A stretch of 64,000 nucleotides of DNA from Balanoglossus misakiensis (lineage: Eukaryota; Animalia; Hemichordata). Position 1 is the first letter of the stretch, and each line of letters starts with the position of its first letter. Shown here one piece after another: positions 1-13,900 of this stretch. A model generated the notes under the pieces. It saw nothing but the letters and a program-made list of their open reading frames with translations, ran no database searches and had not been told where the DNA came from. Made by a program: the position numbers and the translations under genes. The stretch is taken from assembly GCA_040954595.2 (NCBI GenBank), contig CM082584.2, forward strand, positions 3,972,110 to 4,036,109. The letters run 5' to 3'.

Positions 1-101
1 TAAGTGACACCCCCCCCCCCTGGATTTTGCCGCCCCCCAAACCCCACCCACCCACCCCCACCCCCCCCCCCCCCCCCCGGCCGTAAAAACTGAACGGTCC
101 C
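1..101. mobile_element. Right end of a Harbinger-type MITE, truncated by the window
   Basis: C-tracts then GTAAAAACTGAACGGTCCC|TAA, the same style as the 605-1479 end. Confidence 0.5.
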
Positions 102-604
102 TAATTATATCATGCTACCATCCGCCATTCTGATTGGACAAGAGCTCAATCCAGTGATGCTAAAATTAAGCAATAAAACACCCCCAGCCATGGTATACCA
201 CAAGATTTTGACCAGTTCACGACATATACGCATGAGCGATAGCGAGTGCGTATATGGAGTTGAACTGGTCAAAATCGATAAACTAAATAAATACCATAAA
301 AACACATGAATTTACAGACGTTTTATTTTGGAACTGCTCTGCTCTGAATATTTTGCACTTTTGTCACTTTTTGTCGTCTGCTTTATGTTTAATGCTCGAT
401 CCCGGGCCGCACGTGTTTACATTCATCGTCATCATGTTGGTTCACGATCGTAATGTCTCAGGCTGTGTAGGGGGGGGGGGCATTAATAAAATTCTTTGTT
501 TTGCCACCTGTTTGCTGTTCATTTTTTCAGATAAAATGAAATTCAGATTATGCTGTAGAATAAAAAAAAAGGTATTTTCCATACCGTTGACCATGTACTA
601 GTAA

Positions 605-1479
605 GGGAGCATTCGTTTTTTACAGGGAGGGGGGGGGGGGCCGGTGGAATTTGAGTCGCCGACTAAATGTAAAAGGCAACCCCCCCTCGAAATTACTTTT
701 CTAAAATGTGTCCCCCCCTAAATTCTTCAATTGTAAAATGTGACCCCCCCCCCAAAAAAAAAAAAGTTTATCCACCGGATTAAACTTATCAAACTTTGTC
801 AGATATTTAGACTGACCATTGTTATTGTTGACATATGATTCTATTCAGAATTACATTCATTCTATCTTGTAAAAAAAGAAAAACAGCACTCCCATGAAAA
901 GAATTTGAAACTGATGTTTCCCCTCATCAGTGGGTATTAAAACTGAACATTGTTTTTATTTTTTAAGTATTTGTATTCTGTGTTGGGAGACATTGTAAAC
1001 CGAGAATTGAATGGGGTGGGTTTGAAAATTTTGTAAAATACAGAGCTCAAAGCTGCATTTTAATGAACCCGGCAAAAGCAAATTAACTCAACTACCGGTA
1101 TGTTGGGGAGGACAAATTTAACCGTCGCCGCTCAAAGTTATCATGGGGTGGGGGCAAGTCCCCTGACCTGGGACACTATGGATAAACCAGTCAATGATTG
1201 AAAGGTGTTGATGAGGGGTGGGTGTGGGAGGGGGTTTCCCCCTCCCACATTAGAAAATTTTGTCAAATAAAGGGCGCGAAACTGCATTTTTGCGGACTCA
1301 AAATAAACATTTAGTCGTCAAAGTGTGCTATAATTCCATACAAATCTGTTGTAAAAATTGTCCCCCCCCTAAACCATTGATTATAAAATGTGTCCCCCCC
1401 CTAAAAACTGCTTTGTAAAAGTAAACCCCCCCTGATTTCCACCGGCCCCCCCCCCTCCCTGTAAAAAACGAATGCTCCC
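605..1479. mobile_element. PIF/Harbinger-type MITE
   Basis: TIR GGGAGCATTCGTTTTTTACAGGGAGGG..CCGGTGGAA, TAA on both sides; absent from copy 2 (~47900). Confidence 0.85.
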
Positions 1480-1658
1480 TAACCAATGAGAAACTGGGTT
1501 TATGTACTTACGCATAAAATTGTATTTCCTTGTTTGTTCAATTGGTGGCTGGGTAAGATTAGGGAATTTTGCTAATGGCTAACAAAGGATTTTATATGTG
1601 ATCTCTTTTTTTCTGAATACCCATAACATTAACACAATACATTTTCCATATTTAGACA

Positions 1659-4600
1659 ATGAGTGAGCAGTTACCTGGTACGAGCAGAACTGGGTGTTTT
1701 CCAAGGACAAGAATCCACCAACCAGGCAACAACGCTGATATGACGACTTTATCAGAGACATCAGACAATAATGTTTTACCTGATATGTCTGAAACGGATA
1801 TTGAAAACAGAAGTCAACGTCAAACTTTTAACAATGATGAGGAAGGCTCTCAGGTACTGTATTTATATTATATTGTCCTACTTCAATCTCAGTGGTCTGC
1901 ATTGTTTGTAAGTGTGTAGTTATTCAAGCACATGGGTGATGCAATTTAAGTTCACAATCAGGCTGCATCGAAAATAAATTTGAAAACTATTTGGTGTTTA
2001 AATTTAGATGGGTTTTAGTCTATGTAGGTAATTTAATAACGGATTGAGTAGGTCAGGTTAGTCAAAACTAGTAACTGATTTGGTAACGTTTTTCACTCTG
2101 AAAATATCTATGTGTCCCTCCAGAAACTGTGTACTGTTAAGTATAATGACATCAACACCATTTGGTAGTTTGTACTACTGTAGAAAGTAGGGGCTATGGC
2201 TGTTTTAGATCATTCGGTCCATTTCTGTTGAGATTACAGAATCATTATATGCAACTGTTGAGGGCGCTGTTTTCATCAGTATTTCTTGTGCTCCCTGTTT
2301 AGATATCTAGACGTACATAGGCTCCTCTCTGAAACCTTAGTTTCAGGGAGGAACCAACATCTAGGTACAAGACTTGCAACCTCTTGGCCCCTTTGAATGC
2401 AGATTATAAACAAACAAACAAATCTGCCGCATGGACTTTTTCCTAACCTGGTGTGACATTAATGATTTATGAATTCTGGGCTTGATCATGAAGGTGACTA
2501 AGGGGTCAAAATAAAGCAATTGCCTCATCAACTCGGGCTTATAATTCCTTGGCAAACCCCTCCCCCCCCCCCACATTTGTCCTGTATCGCCCGAGGTGGG
2601 CTCCCTTGGGGATTAGATTACATTGACTGCTGCATCAGGGGTCCAGTCAATCTGATTAAAATCAGATGTAGGGAACGGCGACGTGGTTTTTTTATGCTGT
2701 CGCCGACAGCATAAAAAAACCATGTCGCCGTTCCCTACATCTGATTTTAATCAGATTGGGGTCCAGTGTTCTCCCCAGGAATTTCTGGCAGAGTGGTGGC
2801 TAATTTACATAACAATGTGGATAATTGTTACATTAAAGAGTTTCTATTGTTTTCCAAAAATTACAGAGTGTTGGCTGTGCTCTGAAATTGCTCTGGGGAG
2901 AACACTACAAGGGGGTCATATTGCATTGTCTGTTTGCTAATGTCACCATACATGTCTGAATTTAATCAAGCAAGAACTATTATCTGTTAGTCTTGAACAT
3001 TTGTAATTTTGCTTTTTCGTAGATCATTTTGAGTGTGATATGGGGTGCAGGTAAAGTTGGACTGGCTTATTATGACACTGAGACATGCCATATTCATCTG
3101 ATGATGGACATTGCAGAATCTGATGATTTTCCAATGACTAGAAGTGGTAAGATTCATTCATTTAGCTAGCTCCATTAGCTGTATCTTTTCGCTATGTTTT
3201 CAGCAGTTTTGTTTTGCGTACCTACTGCAGTTTCTTGTCCAAATTCTGGAAACACGATGAAATGCCCAGCATTTTAGCTTATCAACACAACATATATGTG
3301 TATTGTCAGCATTGTTTTTATGCAAAATTTGAATTTAAGTCTGGACAAAAATTCATTTGTCAATAATAACAATGGCCTTTATACACATACAGGCTATGTT
3401 GACAAGCGGGGTACCAAGTATAATACATGTATTAGCATGCTACCGGTATTTGGACTAGAACAAGAAATTGCATTTGGTACACAGAACAAAAATACTGAAA
3501 GCTGAAAAGTTACGGCTATAAATGTTCCTTTAAATATTCTGTGGAAATGTGCTGTTAGGAAGGGAGGGGCCATTCTGGTTTATTTTTGATTTGTTTGTTG
3601 TTGTTGTTGTTGTTATTGTTGTTTTTTGGGGGGAGAGGAAAACTCTTTATATGTCTTACTGAGAATAAGTGACAGAAAAAAAACCCACTACCCTAAAAAT
3701 ATAATGGGACTCCCACCCCCCTGAAAAAATAAAAATAATAGTGACGCCTCCAGGTGGAATTTTCTAGATTGTCAAGTTTAATAAAAATTGTGTTGACAAT
3801 ATTATCAGCAGAAAAGTTAAAAAAGCTTGTAAAGGGTAAAGTGTTACTGCTATAATACATTGGTTGTTTACATGTCTTTGCCATTTTGGTGGACTGTCGT
3901 TCACTACTCTCTCCTCTCCAGCAATTTTTGATTCTGTATTTTTCAAAATAATGTGTTCCGAAATTAGTTGGAAATGCATTCCAACTGAGCTTACTTGCAA
4001 CATGATGATAGCATTTGATTCTGTGGCCAGAGAGCATTCTGGGATAAATATCCTAATTGTATTTAAAAAGGAAATGTCAGATTATTGTATGACAGAAATT
4101 GTTAAAATTTAAACTTCAAATCTGAAACTGCCATGGACTCTCCTCTGACAGACCAACTATAACAATATGATTGTCACAATATGTTTATGGCATTTGATGT
4201 TGTCTTCCTAGTCTGCCAGCCTTAAAGGAGACATCCTTTGATTCTTAAAGGGGCAATTTTCAATCCCGGGCTCTTGTTGATATTGATTGAATGTTTATGT
4301 GGTGCAAAGCTTTTGTTTTCCATTGAAATCTTTATCAATCTGTTTGCTTTTAGCTAAAAGCTGACAAAGAAGGTGCCCCTTTAAAATGAGTCTTCAGAAA
4401 TAACAAGTTCAGAGATTTCTAACATAGAATTTTTTTTTTGTCAGTTTCAAAGCAAATCATCCCAACATGTGTTATTACAAGCAGCAAACAAGATGAAAGA
4501 ATGTTACATTGTCTGTCTGAAGAAGGTATGAACAAATCTTGATATTAATTGTTTGTGACAACCTTATGCTGAATATGCCCATAGTGGTTGAATTTGCCCT

Positions 4601-7600
4601 CTAGGGCTTCATAAACTACAATGTACTAGTAAATGCATTTTGATTAAAAGGAAAAAATCACCAAGGTGCTTTTTCACATGATATGGCAGGGACCTCACAC
4701 CAGGCTGTACATATGAACAATTCATAGTCATATATGATGCTAAATTGTGGTGATCAAAACACTTTACTTGTGATGTTTGTGCTCTCATCTCATGTCTGCC
4801 CTTTTATTGATAACATTTAATTTAATTTTACAGTTACTGCTCTTCAAGAATCAACTAGTAACTCTGTCGATCTACAAATCTTGCCAAACATTGATTTCTG
4901 TGAGTATACCGTGATTAGAACCCCTAATTTACCTAATATAAGCAGTGTTAATGTAAACTTTAAGAACTTCATGAAAAAAATTATACTTGAAAAGGGCTCC
5001 AAAACATGAATCATGGCAACAATAATTATCATTTATGTAGTGGAATAGTAAATATAATTGTTTTAAAATATTTTGGGTGTATGAAGTCATTCAGATATTA
5101 TCTGTATGTGTTGTTGCATTATTGCAAACTTTAGAGGCCGAAAATAACTGCAAAGACGCATCCCCCATTGCTATGCGTTTCTGTGAAATATTCATGTCTC
5201 ATTTTGTTTTCATCAAAGCCTTGGAAGCTAGCAAGAGGAGACTCATGAATTTAAATCTCTCCTGCGTCCCGGATCACTATACTGAAGATCAAAGACTTAT
5301 TTATATGTCTTCATTAGTACCATTCGAACAAATCAACATGGTAAGATGGTTGGTGAAATAGTCATTGATAGATAAAGAGCATTGTTTTCCCCCTACTTCA
5401 ACAGGTGTTTTCATACACAGTATTTCTATTGAGCAAAATCCAACTAGGACCTAGTCATGACTAATAGAATCTCACACTCCCAAGGACCTGGGATCATATT
5501 TCTCACATGAGTTGGGGATTTTTTGTCCCACACGAACCTGCGGCTCGTGTGGGACAAAATATCCCAAACGAGTGTGAGAAATATGATCCCAGGTCCTTGG
5601 TGTGTGAGATTCTATTTCTCACACGGTCACAAATTAGCCAAATTCGTTAAAAACATTGAATAAATGACGCTGGAACTGTCGTCTGGGCATGTTGTAGTCT
5701 CTGTCCCTATAATACACATCGCGCCATTGGATAACATTTAGTGCGCGTTGGCAAGAGAACGCTTTGTCAACCAATCAGCGCTGACGTCATGTACAGCTTT
5801 TGATTCAGTGAGAGTGTGGGATCGATTTTTTTCCGACTTTGATCCCACACTCCCAGCGTGCCAGGAGTGTGAGAATAAAATAATTCTTACTGGTGAATAT
5901 ATTTGGTCCATGTCCACCTTTAGTTGAAGTCAGTGCCTGTATGAAAATCATCACAAATCAAGTAATTCTAAGTCAAGGATAAACTCTTAGACTCAGTACA
6001 ATGTATTCACTCAAAGTGAAAGTTCAGAGGACCTATACTGAAATTGCAAAAGTATGGTAAAACATGCACAAATAGTTGTCCAACACGCAAACAAATTGAG
6101 TGTAGATGTAAGGCTGCATTCACAAACACCTCTGGAGGGGGGGGGGGGGGGCGGGAGAATTCAATTTTTTTTACCGCTAATTTTCACATGCCCCCCTTCC
6201 GAACTGCCAATATTTTCAAATCCCCCCCTTCCGAACTGCCAAAATTTTGAAATCCCCCCCCCCATTTTCTTTCACAAAGCAAAACACATCACCTATCTAT
6301 CTTGTAAAAAGAAAAACAGCGCTCCCATGAAAAGAATTTGAAACTGATGTTTCCCCTCATCAGTGGGTATTAAAACTGAACATTGTTTTTATTTTTTAAG
6401 TACATAAATTTGTATTCTGTGTTGGGAGACATTGTAAACCGAGAATTGAAGGGGGTGGGTTTGGGAGGGGGTGTCCCCCTCCCACGTAAGAAAATGTTCT
6501 AAAATACAGAGCTCAAAGCTGCATTTTAATGAACCCGGCAAAAGCAAATTAACTCAACTACCGGTATGTTGGGGAGGACAAATTTAACCGTCGCCGCTCA
6601 AAGTTATCATGGGGTGGGGACAAGTCCCCTGACCTGGGACACTAGATAAACCAGTCAATGATTGAAAGGTGTTGATGAATGGAGGGGGTGGGTGTGGGAG
6701 AGGGTGTCCCCCTCCCACATTAGAAAATTTTGTAAAATAAAGGGCGCGAAACTGCATTTTTGTGGACTCAAAATAAATATTTAGTCGTTAAAGTTTTCAA
6801 GTCCCCCCCCTTTCAGTCCCTAAATTATTTCAAATCCCCCCCTTACATACCCTCAAATTTTTCAAATCCCCCCCCTCAATTCTCCTGCCCCCCCCCCCTC
6901 CAGAGGTGTTTGTGAATGCAGCCTAATTTCATTTCATTATACACTGATTTCTAGTGTTCAGGACAGTAGATGTATAATAATCATGTATACTGGTGGTAGT
7001 AAGCAAAATGAAGTTAGATGTCTGTAGGATCAGAATGTTCCAGCATTAATGGAAGTTATGTGTTATAGACTTTTCACATTGTATTCATGTTTCAGGTGCG
7101 TGCAGCCGGTGGTTTGCTGAAATATTTGGATAAGAACAGAATTGGAGTGGAACTTGAAGATCAAAGTGTCAGAGTTCCAGTACTTGGTCTTCAAGTATTC
7201 ACTTTGTAAGTAGACTTTAGTGATTTTGCTGCTGTTTATTGAAACAAAACACGTAGTGTCTAAAAGGGGCAAAGTTGCTCTCTTTTGATCTTTTTATGCT
7301 CCCATGTCATACTGGGGGAGGAGGGGTTGGGGAGGGGGTATGTACATGTATATGGCTGGGAGGATATTCGTATAAGCCTGTCTGTATTATGTAAGGGGAG
7401 AACCATTTTATTTCGGGAGGGGGGATTTGGATTTAGTAACGTTTTCATGGTTTAGTATAATACATGTATAGCATGGTACAGTACTCTCGTATCTAATACA
7501 CTAAACTGTAATAATATATATAAAAAAGGGCATCTAAAATTCTTACGACGGGGTTATTAAAAAGACCCTGTTTATAATAAATGCTGCAATATTTCTGAAT

Positions 7601-10600
7601 GCTAACATGGTCACAACCACTTCCCTTCGGCTCTAAATGTTGTGAACTGCAGTTTTGTTTGATATGAAAAGTTGTCTGTATTGTTTGACTTCTTGAAACA
7701 TGCTTAAATACTGGTCAACTGTTAAAAAACTGTTACAAACTCCACTCTGCCTGTAGACAGACAAGATTAAACATTCAAAGAATGAGTGTTCAATCTATCA
7801 AGGTAGTATTAAAGCCCCTATAGCTGCCAACTTTCACATATTTTTCCCACAGTAAAATATTTCAAATACATTCCCTATCCTCTAAAATCCTCACCATTAA
7901 GCCGTATAACTTGCATTTGCATCAGTTTGTCATCTCTTGGCGACACATACCACGATAGCTGCGTACTGTTCGTATGGAGGCTGATTAAATCCGTGTGGCA
8001 CCGTTTTAATAAATAGCATGTTCAAATTGCTACATGCAGTCACAATCGGGCATCGATAAGGTGTTCATGTATACCTATCAGTAAGCTTGATGAATCAATT
8101 TAAGTTGGAAAATATAACCATGAAAATAATGCAAAAAGTGGCAGCTGTAGAGGCTTTAAAGGGTCTATGACATGCCCTATACAACCACGCGTAAAATCAC
8201 TCTTTGGGTCTTGAAGTTAACGTATGTTACTATCTGGCATTGCGTATCACCTTCTGTGCTTAGATAACAGGCAAGTAAAAGTGGCGAGTGGGCGTGTACC
8301 CCTAACCCAACTCAGTCGATTTTTTTCGGCTTTTCAATGTTAAGCCGAAGACTTATCTTGATGTGGACAAATAGTCTTTCACACCTTTGTAAATCCTCTG
8401 CCTGTAATCTTAGGCAAGGGCTTCTTTTGCTTTGAACACTGCTTAATATATAGTTTGTCTTTGTCTATGTACTTAATTACTCATGGCCCGCTAATTACAC
8501 TTTACTGTAAACAGAATGGTACACTAGAACCTAGTGTACTTGTTTGTCCATATGCAAATACCTTCACCTGGCTCGAGTGCGAAGTGGCTCCCTGATCACA
8601 GGCATGAAAAAAGGGGGCAAATTCCGGCATTCGTGCACATTTTTCGGAACCGACACAATAAGCAATGCATGGACAGGTACCCTAGGTGAGCTTTTGACGG
8701 GGAAAAATAAAAACTTTTTATAGCATGTCATAGACCCTTTAAGGTGTGACATACAGCAAGGACTGCAGTAGACAAAGTATACATGGAGTATGTGTGTTGG
8801 TTCATCTGGTGAACATTCCAGATGTAGGAAATAAAGTGTTTGATCTGGAGTAATTTCAAACACATGGCCATGACTTAATCATGTGTGTCTTTTGGTAGTT
8901 ATGTTTCTATACTTCATGTCATTGTTGCAATGTTATTGTGTTGTCTTTAATCCAGTGAGATAAAAACATGATTAAAATTGTCTTGTTGAATCTTTCAGGA
9001 ACAAGATGTTAATGGTTGACCACAATACTTACAATGCCTTGCAGATCTTTCAGAAGGAACTTCATCCATCCATTTATAAATTTGGCAGCAGTGGTTCAAA
9101 GGAAGGTTTGAGTTTATATGGTAAGTTATTGTGTACATGTACCGGTATTATCATTTCATTTGTCAGTCAGTCTCATTATATTGAACACCTATTGCCTGGC
9201 CATGAGGGCCATAGCAGCCGTTTATTACCCCCAAGGGGCTGTGAGTTACAAGAATCATATGCTATTTCCATATTTTTTTCTGCTATTTCCCTAGGGATTC
9301 ATTCTATTCATATCATGTGACAGATTCTGGCAAATCACGTCACAGTATTAGCATGAGGTATACATGTATTATAAAATCCAATATGGTTGTCAAGGGGCAA
9401 TTTCATGATCTATTTTCTATGTCTGGAGTGATTACTAAGATATGCCTTTGGGACCGTCTCAGATTGTCACATAAGCTCAACAAACGAAATAACTATGTTT
9501 CATGTCAATTCGTTTAGTGGACTTCAATTTCACACTTGTTTAGATGACTAAAAATTTCCTTTTATGTTTTTATTAAAGCAAAAACTAGTGGTGTACCAAA
9601 GAATCTACCTATATTCTGTCTCTCACTCTAGAAGTTCTCTGTTAATTATTTGATTGGATTAAATTACTGCGATTTTCTAACTCTGCAAGTGATCAGAGGC
9701 AAAAGTTACTCAAAATCTATAGCCATTCTTCAACATTGTAGTTTATTTCGGATATCAACACTTAATTTTTCACACTTTTGAGCTGGTGTTTAAAGGAGGG
9801 GGTTCGGATTCAAACGAATACATTTTGTTCGTTGAGCCTAGGTGACAATCTGAAACGGTCCCTTAGAGATCATTGGCCTTTAGATAAACATTGTGCAATT
9901 TCATACATTTTTTGTGTCGTGTCTATTTTACTATCCAAAATATTATAATGAAACAAAGACCACGTGATCATAAACAAGATAGATGCCTCCAATGTCCATA
10001 CGCCAATGAGAGCCATGTTTACAAAAGCCTGTGCCTGACCCTTTCCCTTTAGCGTAGCGCAGCCAGCGGTGGGAATGGGGCAGGGGACCAGACTACACCA
10101 CCACCACCACCAACGACAAACATTCTGTTTGCTTTTGTTGTGTCACTGTTTCATGACATTGTAATAGACTCGTTCAGTCGCAGGTGCACACTATATCCAC
10201 ACTCAGTAAAGAATATATGCATGGCGAACGGGAAGGGAGGGGGGGGGGATATTATGGGCGTGTCCCTGCCCAATTTTCCCTTAATATGGACGTTCCACAC
10301 ATAGTGCCATGAAGCGTTTAGGGACTATGGACAGACTGTCCACAATGTAGAACACGTCCTGCACGCGCCGTGTGACCAACAGATCGTATTGTCTGTGACC
10401 TACTTTACACTATTAAATGTATTATTCAAAACCGCAGCACAGAGCGATATCCATCCGCCATATGCAAATGAGCCGAAGTATAAAAGCAACGAGCAACGTA
10501 CAGTCTGTCCCTCCCTTGCAATAGGCACGATAGCACGAACCATGGCTCATACTGGTCCCGCAGCCCGAGCTTTTGTGGACTCACACCAGGACTCCGCAGA

Positions 10601-10936
10601 ACTTTCCGTTCCCCAGCCAAGACCCGGTCCTAGTGGTGCCACACCCCAGCAAAATGCCGCAGCAGCGCCTAAGCCTGCACCAACACCAGCAAGTGGAGAG
10701 GCAACAAGCGTCAGCAGCAGTGTTACCCAGGTTAGTATTCCCCCTTGTATGCCGCCGGTCATTTCGGTTTTGTTTTGCAGTGCAGTTTTTTATGCACTAC
10801 GGTCCACCAAAACTTCTCTCCTCGTGTTTGTCCTTTTGTTTCGCCTTCCGAATTTTCCTAGTGCAGGTGGAAGGCCAAATCACCATTTTGAAACTCCGCC
10901 ACCTGTTAGGCCTGACACCACCTGTTTCGCCAGTTG

Positions 10937-10968
<32 letters not shown>

Positions 10969-13900
10969 CTATGCAATATGCGTCGAATACTTGGAGTTAC
11001 AGGAGTGAGCGGCAGGCCAGGCAGTGTGATATACTGCGAGAGCGCCAACATTTGTTTGTTAAATAGAGCTGGGTGGGTTATACCCATGAGTGCCAAGGAG
11101 ACCGGCCAGGCAGTTCATCCGGTGATGACTGCGAGAGCGCCGAATTATTGTGGCTGAGGCCAAAGGAAATACATAGGCTCGAGGGAGGAGCAACGTGAGC
11201 GGTCATTTACGTGGCAGAAGCATGTTCGCCTTGAATTTTGCTGATGCCTATGTAATAAGGCGCTCGCCCTGTAAACAAAAGGGGAGTATTCAGTACGGGA
11301 GAGCAAGTATACTTTCCACCCGTGGTAATGGGCAGAGAAGTTATTGTATGTGTACGTTTATTGCAGAAAGGGGAGTTGGAGAACCTAAAGAAGCAGGTGA
11401 AAAAACTGCAAGAATTGACAGAAACCGCATCTGTGGATGACGCCTTGGAAAAAGTCATGCACCTGGCCCATACTCCATCGTTAACCTCACGATCCCAGCT
11501 CATCGCCGCCCTGAGGGCCCTGGTGGATAGGGCGACGGTAGCAGCTCACCCAAAGTTACATCGCTTCCGGGCGGTCCTAGCCCAGTTTGAATCGAATGAT
11601 TTCGGCCAAGAAGCTGGGAGGTTGATAGTTCTACTACTGGGAAATAAAGAAGAGGAGGAAATCGCGTCGAAAGTGTCGAAGTTTATGCGGGATAGCGGCC
11701 ATGGCGGCTATCGTCGCCCAAGAGCACAATTCGAACGATTTAGACCATACGAGAGAAGAAACAAAGATGAATTAGTCACATGCTTTGTATGCGGTGAGAA
11801 AGGGCATGTTGCCAGAGCCTGCCCAAATAGAAAGTAGTGTAACCACATTGCTGTTTTTTTTTTTCTTGTTGATCGTGGATATTTTTTCGTCACAGCAAGT
11901 AAACATGGGTTACTCATCCACGTACACGCATGCACACTTACACGCATACTCCTCTCGGTCGCCTGCACACTAATTGACGCCTTCATGCACACCTGCACAA
12001 TCGCATACTTTCCACAACCACTCGCACTATGGACGGAACGCATTCACGCATATACATAAAATCGCAAAAAACGTGCCTGAGGAACTGGGCTTCAGCAAAC
12101 GCTACACGCACACCCACGATTAAGAACTTGCTGTGATGCTTTTGATAACTTGATATGTACGAAAAGTCGAGGTGCTTACAACCCTCCGTGACAATTAAAA
12201 AGGTTGTCTTGAGAATAAAAAAAATAAATAAATAAATAAAAAAAAAAAAAAAAAAAATGTGTTTTTTGTTTTGTTTTTATCTCGCCTTCCTAGATTGGCC
12301 CCACTCAACCAGTAGCGGATATACCGTATTTATCATACACCAAACATCGCCCCGAACGCAGGGAGGACTAAAACAGTCCTTTGCATTCATGCAGCCTCGC
12401 CTTACTGAGGTCCTGTCTAGGGGCCCCCTCAAGAGAACATTTTTACATGTAGTAGCCCACAGTTTATATCTATCCTTTTCAGTTCACTCCCTACGCATGG
12501 GAAACCGGCCCTGAGGAACTTCCAGTCGCCAGAAAGTCGTACACATGGGTATCTCTTGAGGGCGCCCCTCGACAGGAACCAAGGAGACCCGTTATCAATG
12601 TCGATGAGGTCGCTAAATCCAACAAGAAAGTGTCGCCCGCACTACTATCATTTAGAAACCCACATGAATTTGTCGCCGGGGAGGTTCATAAACACAAGGA
12701 GGTGTGGAATCGCCTATCGACGGCAGCAGAGAATCCGGCTCAAGTTATGCACTGGATATGTGACAAAGTCACCGTTTCACAGTACTTCAAGCACTTTCGG
12801 GGCACGTTTAAGGGATGTCAATATGACGGACCATCTCCACCGGCAAAGATTTTTGCTAATAACCCCTCATGTCAAAATTTCGTTGGTTTCATTTCCAAAA
12901 CCATACATGATAGACTCCAGACTGGGGCCATTTCTGTCTTTGGTGAAGTTGGGAGGGACCCACCTCCCCACATAGTTATGCCGATAACAGTCGAACCGAA
13001 GAAGCCGCGAATGTGCATAGACATGCGCTTCCTGAATCTATGGATCAGAGACATGCCTTTTAAACTGGACAAGTTAATAGACGTTTCAAGGTATATGAAA
13101 AAAGGAGAATACCACTTCAAGTGTGATGATAAAAGCGGCTATCATGTTCTCATTAGGGAATACGACAGGCGGTATTTTGGTTTCCAATGGGGAGGCCGTT
13201 GGTACGTGAACAATTCATTACCGTTTGGGTGGAAATTGTCCGCCTACATCTACCATACCTTAGGCTATGCGATAACTAGTTATGCAAGAATGTTAGGAGT
13301 TCCGTGCCTCCAATATATTGACGACAGACACGGTGGCCCCCTGAGATTGCCAGCAACGGCTAATACCGTAGGCAGACAACACAGCTCCTGGTCTGACTTG
13401 GAACTAGCGGAGGCTGCTGCATTCATCCTGTTAGCTATGTGCATCGATGCAGGGTATTTCATTGCCTTAGAAAAGAGCACACTGCACCCCGTTAGGTCGC
13501 TAATAATGCTAGGAATGACGGTAGACACGGAAATTCAAGCTTTCATCATCCCAGAACAGAAAGTAGCTCGCTTCCTCGAGACGGCAGAGTTAGTACTTTC
13601 CAAACCCACTATTCCAGTTACTTTATTGCAAAAAGTTATGGGGAAATGCATTTCTTTCGCTCTCGCAATCCCCTGTGCGCGTTTATATATAAGACAAATG
13701 GCACATGCCATATCTAAGATGCAGGTATCGGCACAGAACTTGGTGCGCATTAAAGGCCCCCTTCGGGAGGAAGTGCAATTTTGGCTCCAGATTGTACGTA
13801 ACGCTCCCCCATTTCGTTGGCCTCGAGAAAGCCACAACGTTATACATGTATACACCGACGCCAGCTCGTTCAAATGGGCCGCGATACTGCAGCCAAATTC

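Noticed and set aside
11104-11150. Hammerhead ribozyme (GTGATGA..CGAA)
   Set aside because: Core should be CUGANGA..GAAA with a closed stem II; neither is satisfied.
10389-11157. Track ORFs 10389-10937 and 10573-11157 as whole proteins
   Set aside because: The first starts in host DNA outside the element and runs into pyrimidine-rich intron-like sequence; the second reads through a poly(A) tract. Only 10542-10730 is kept as a leader exon.
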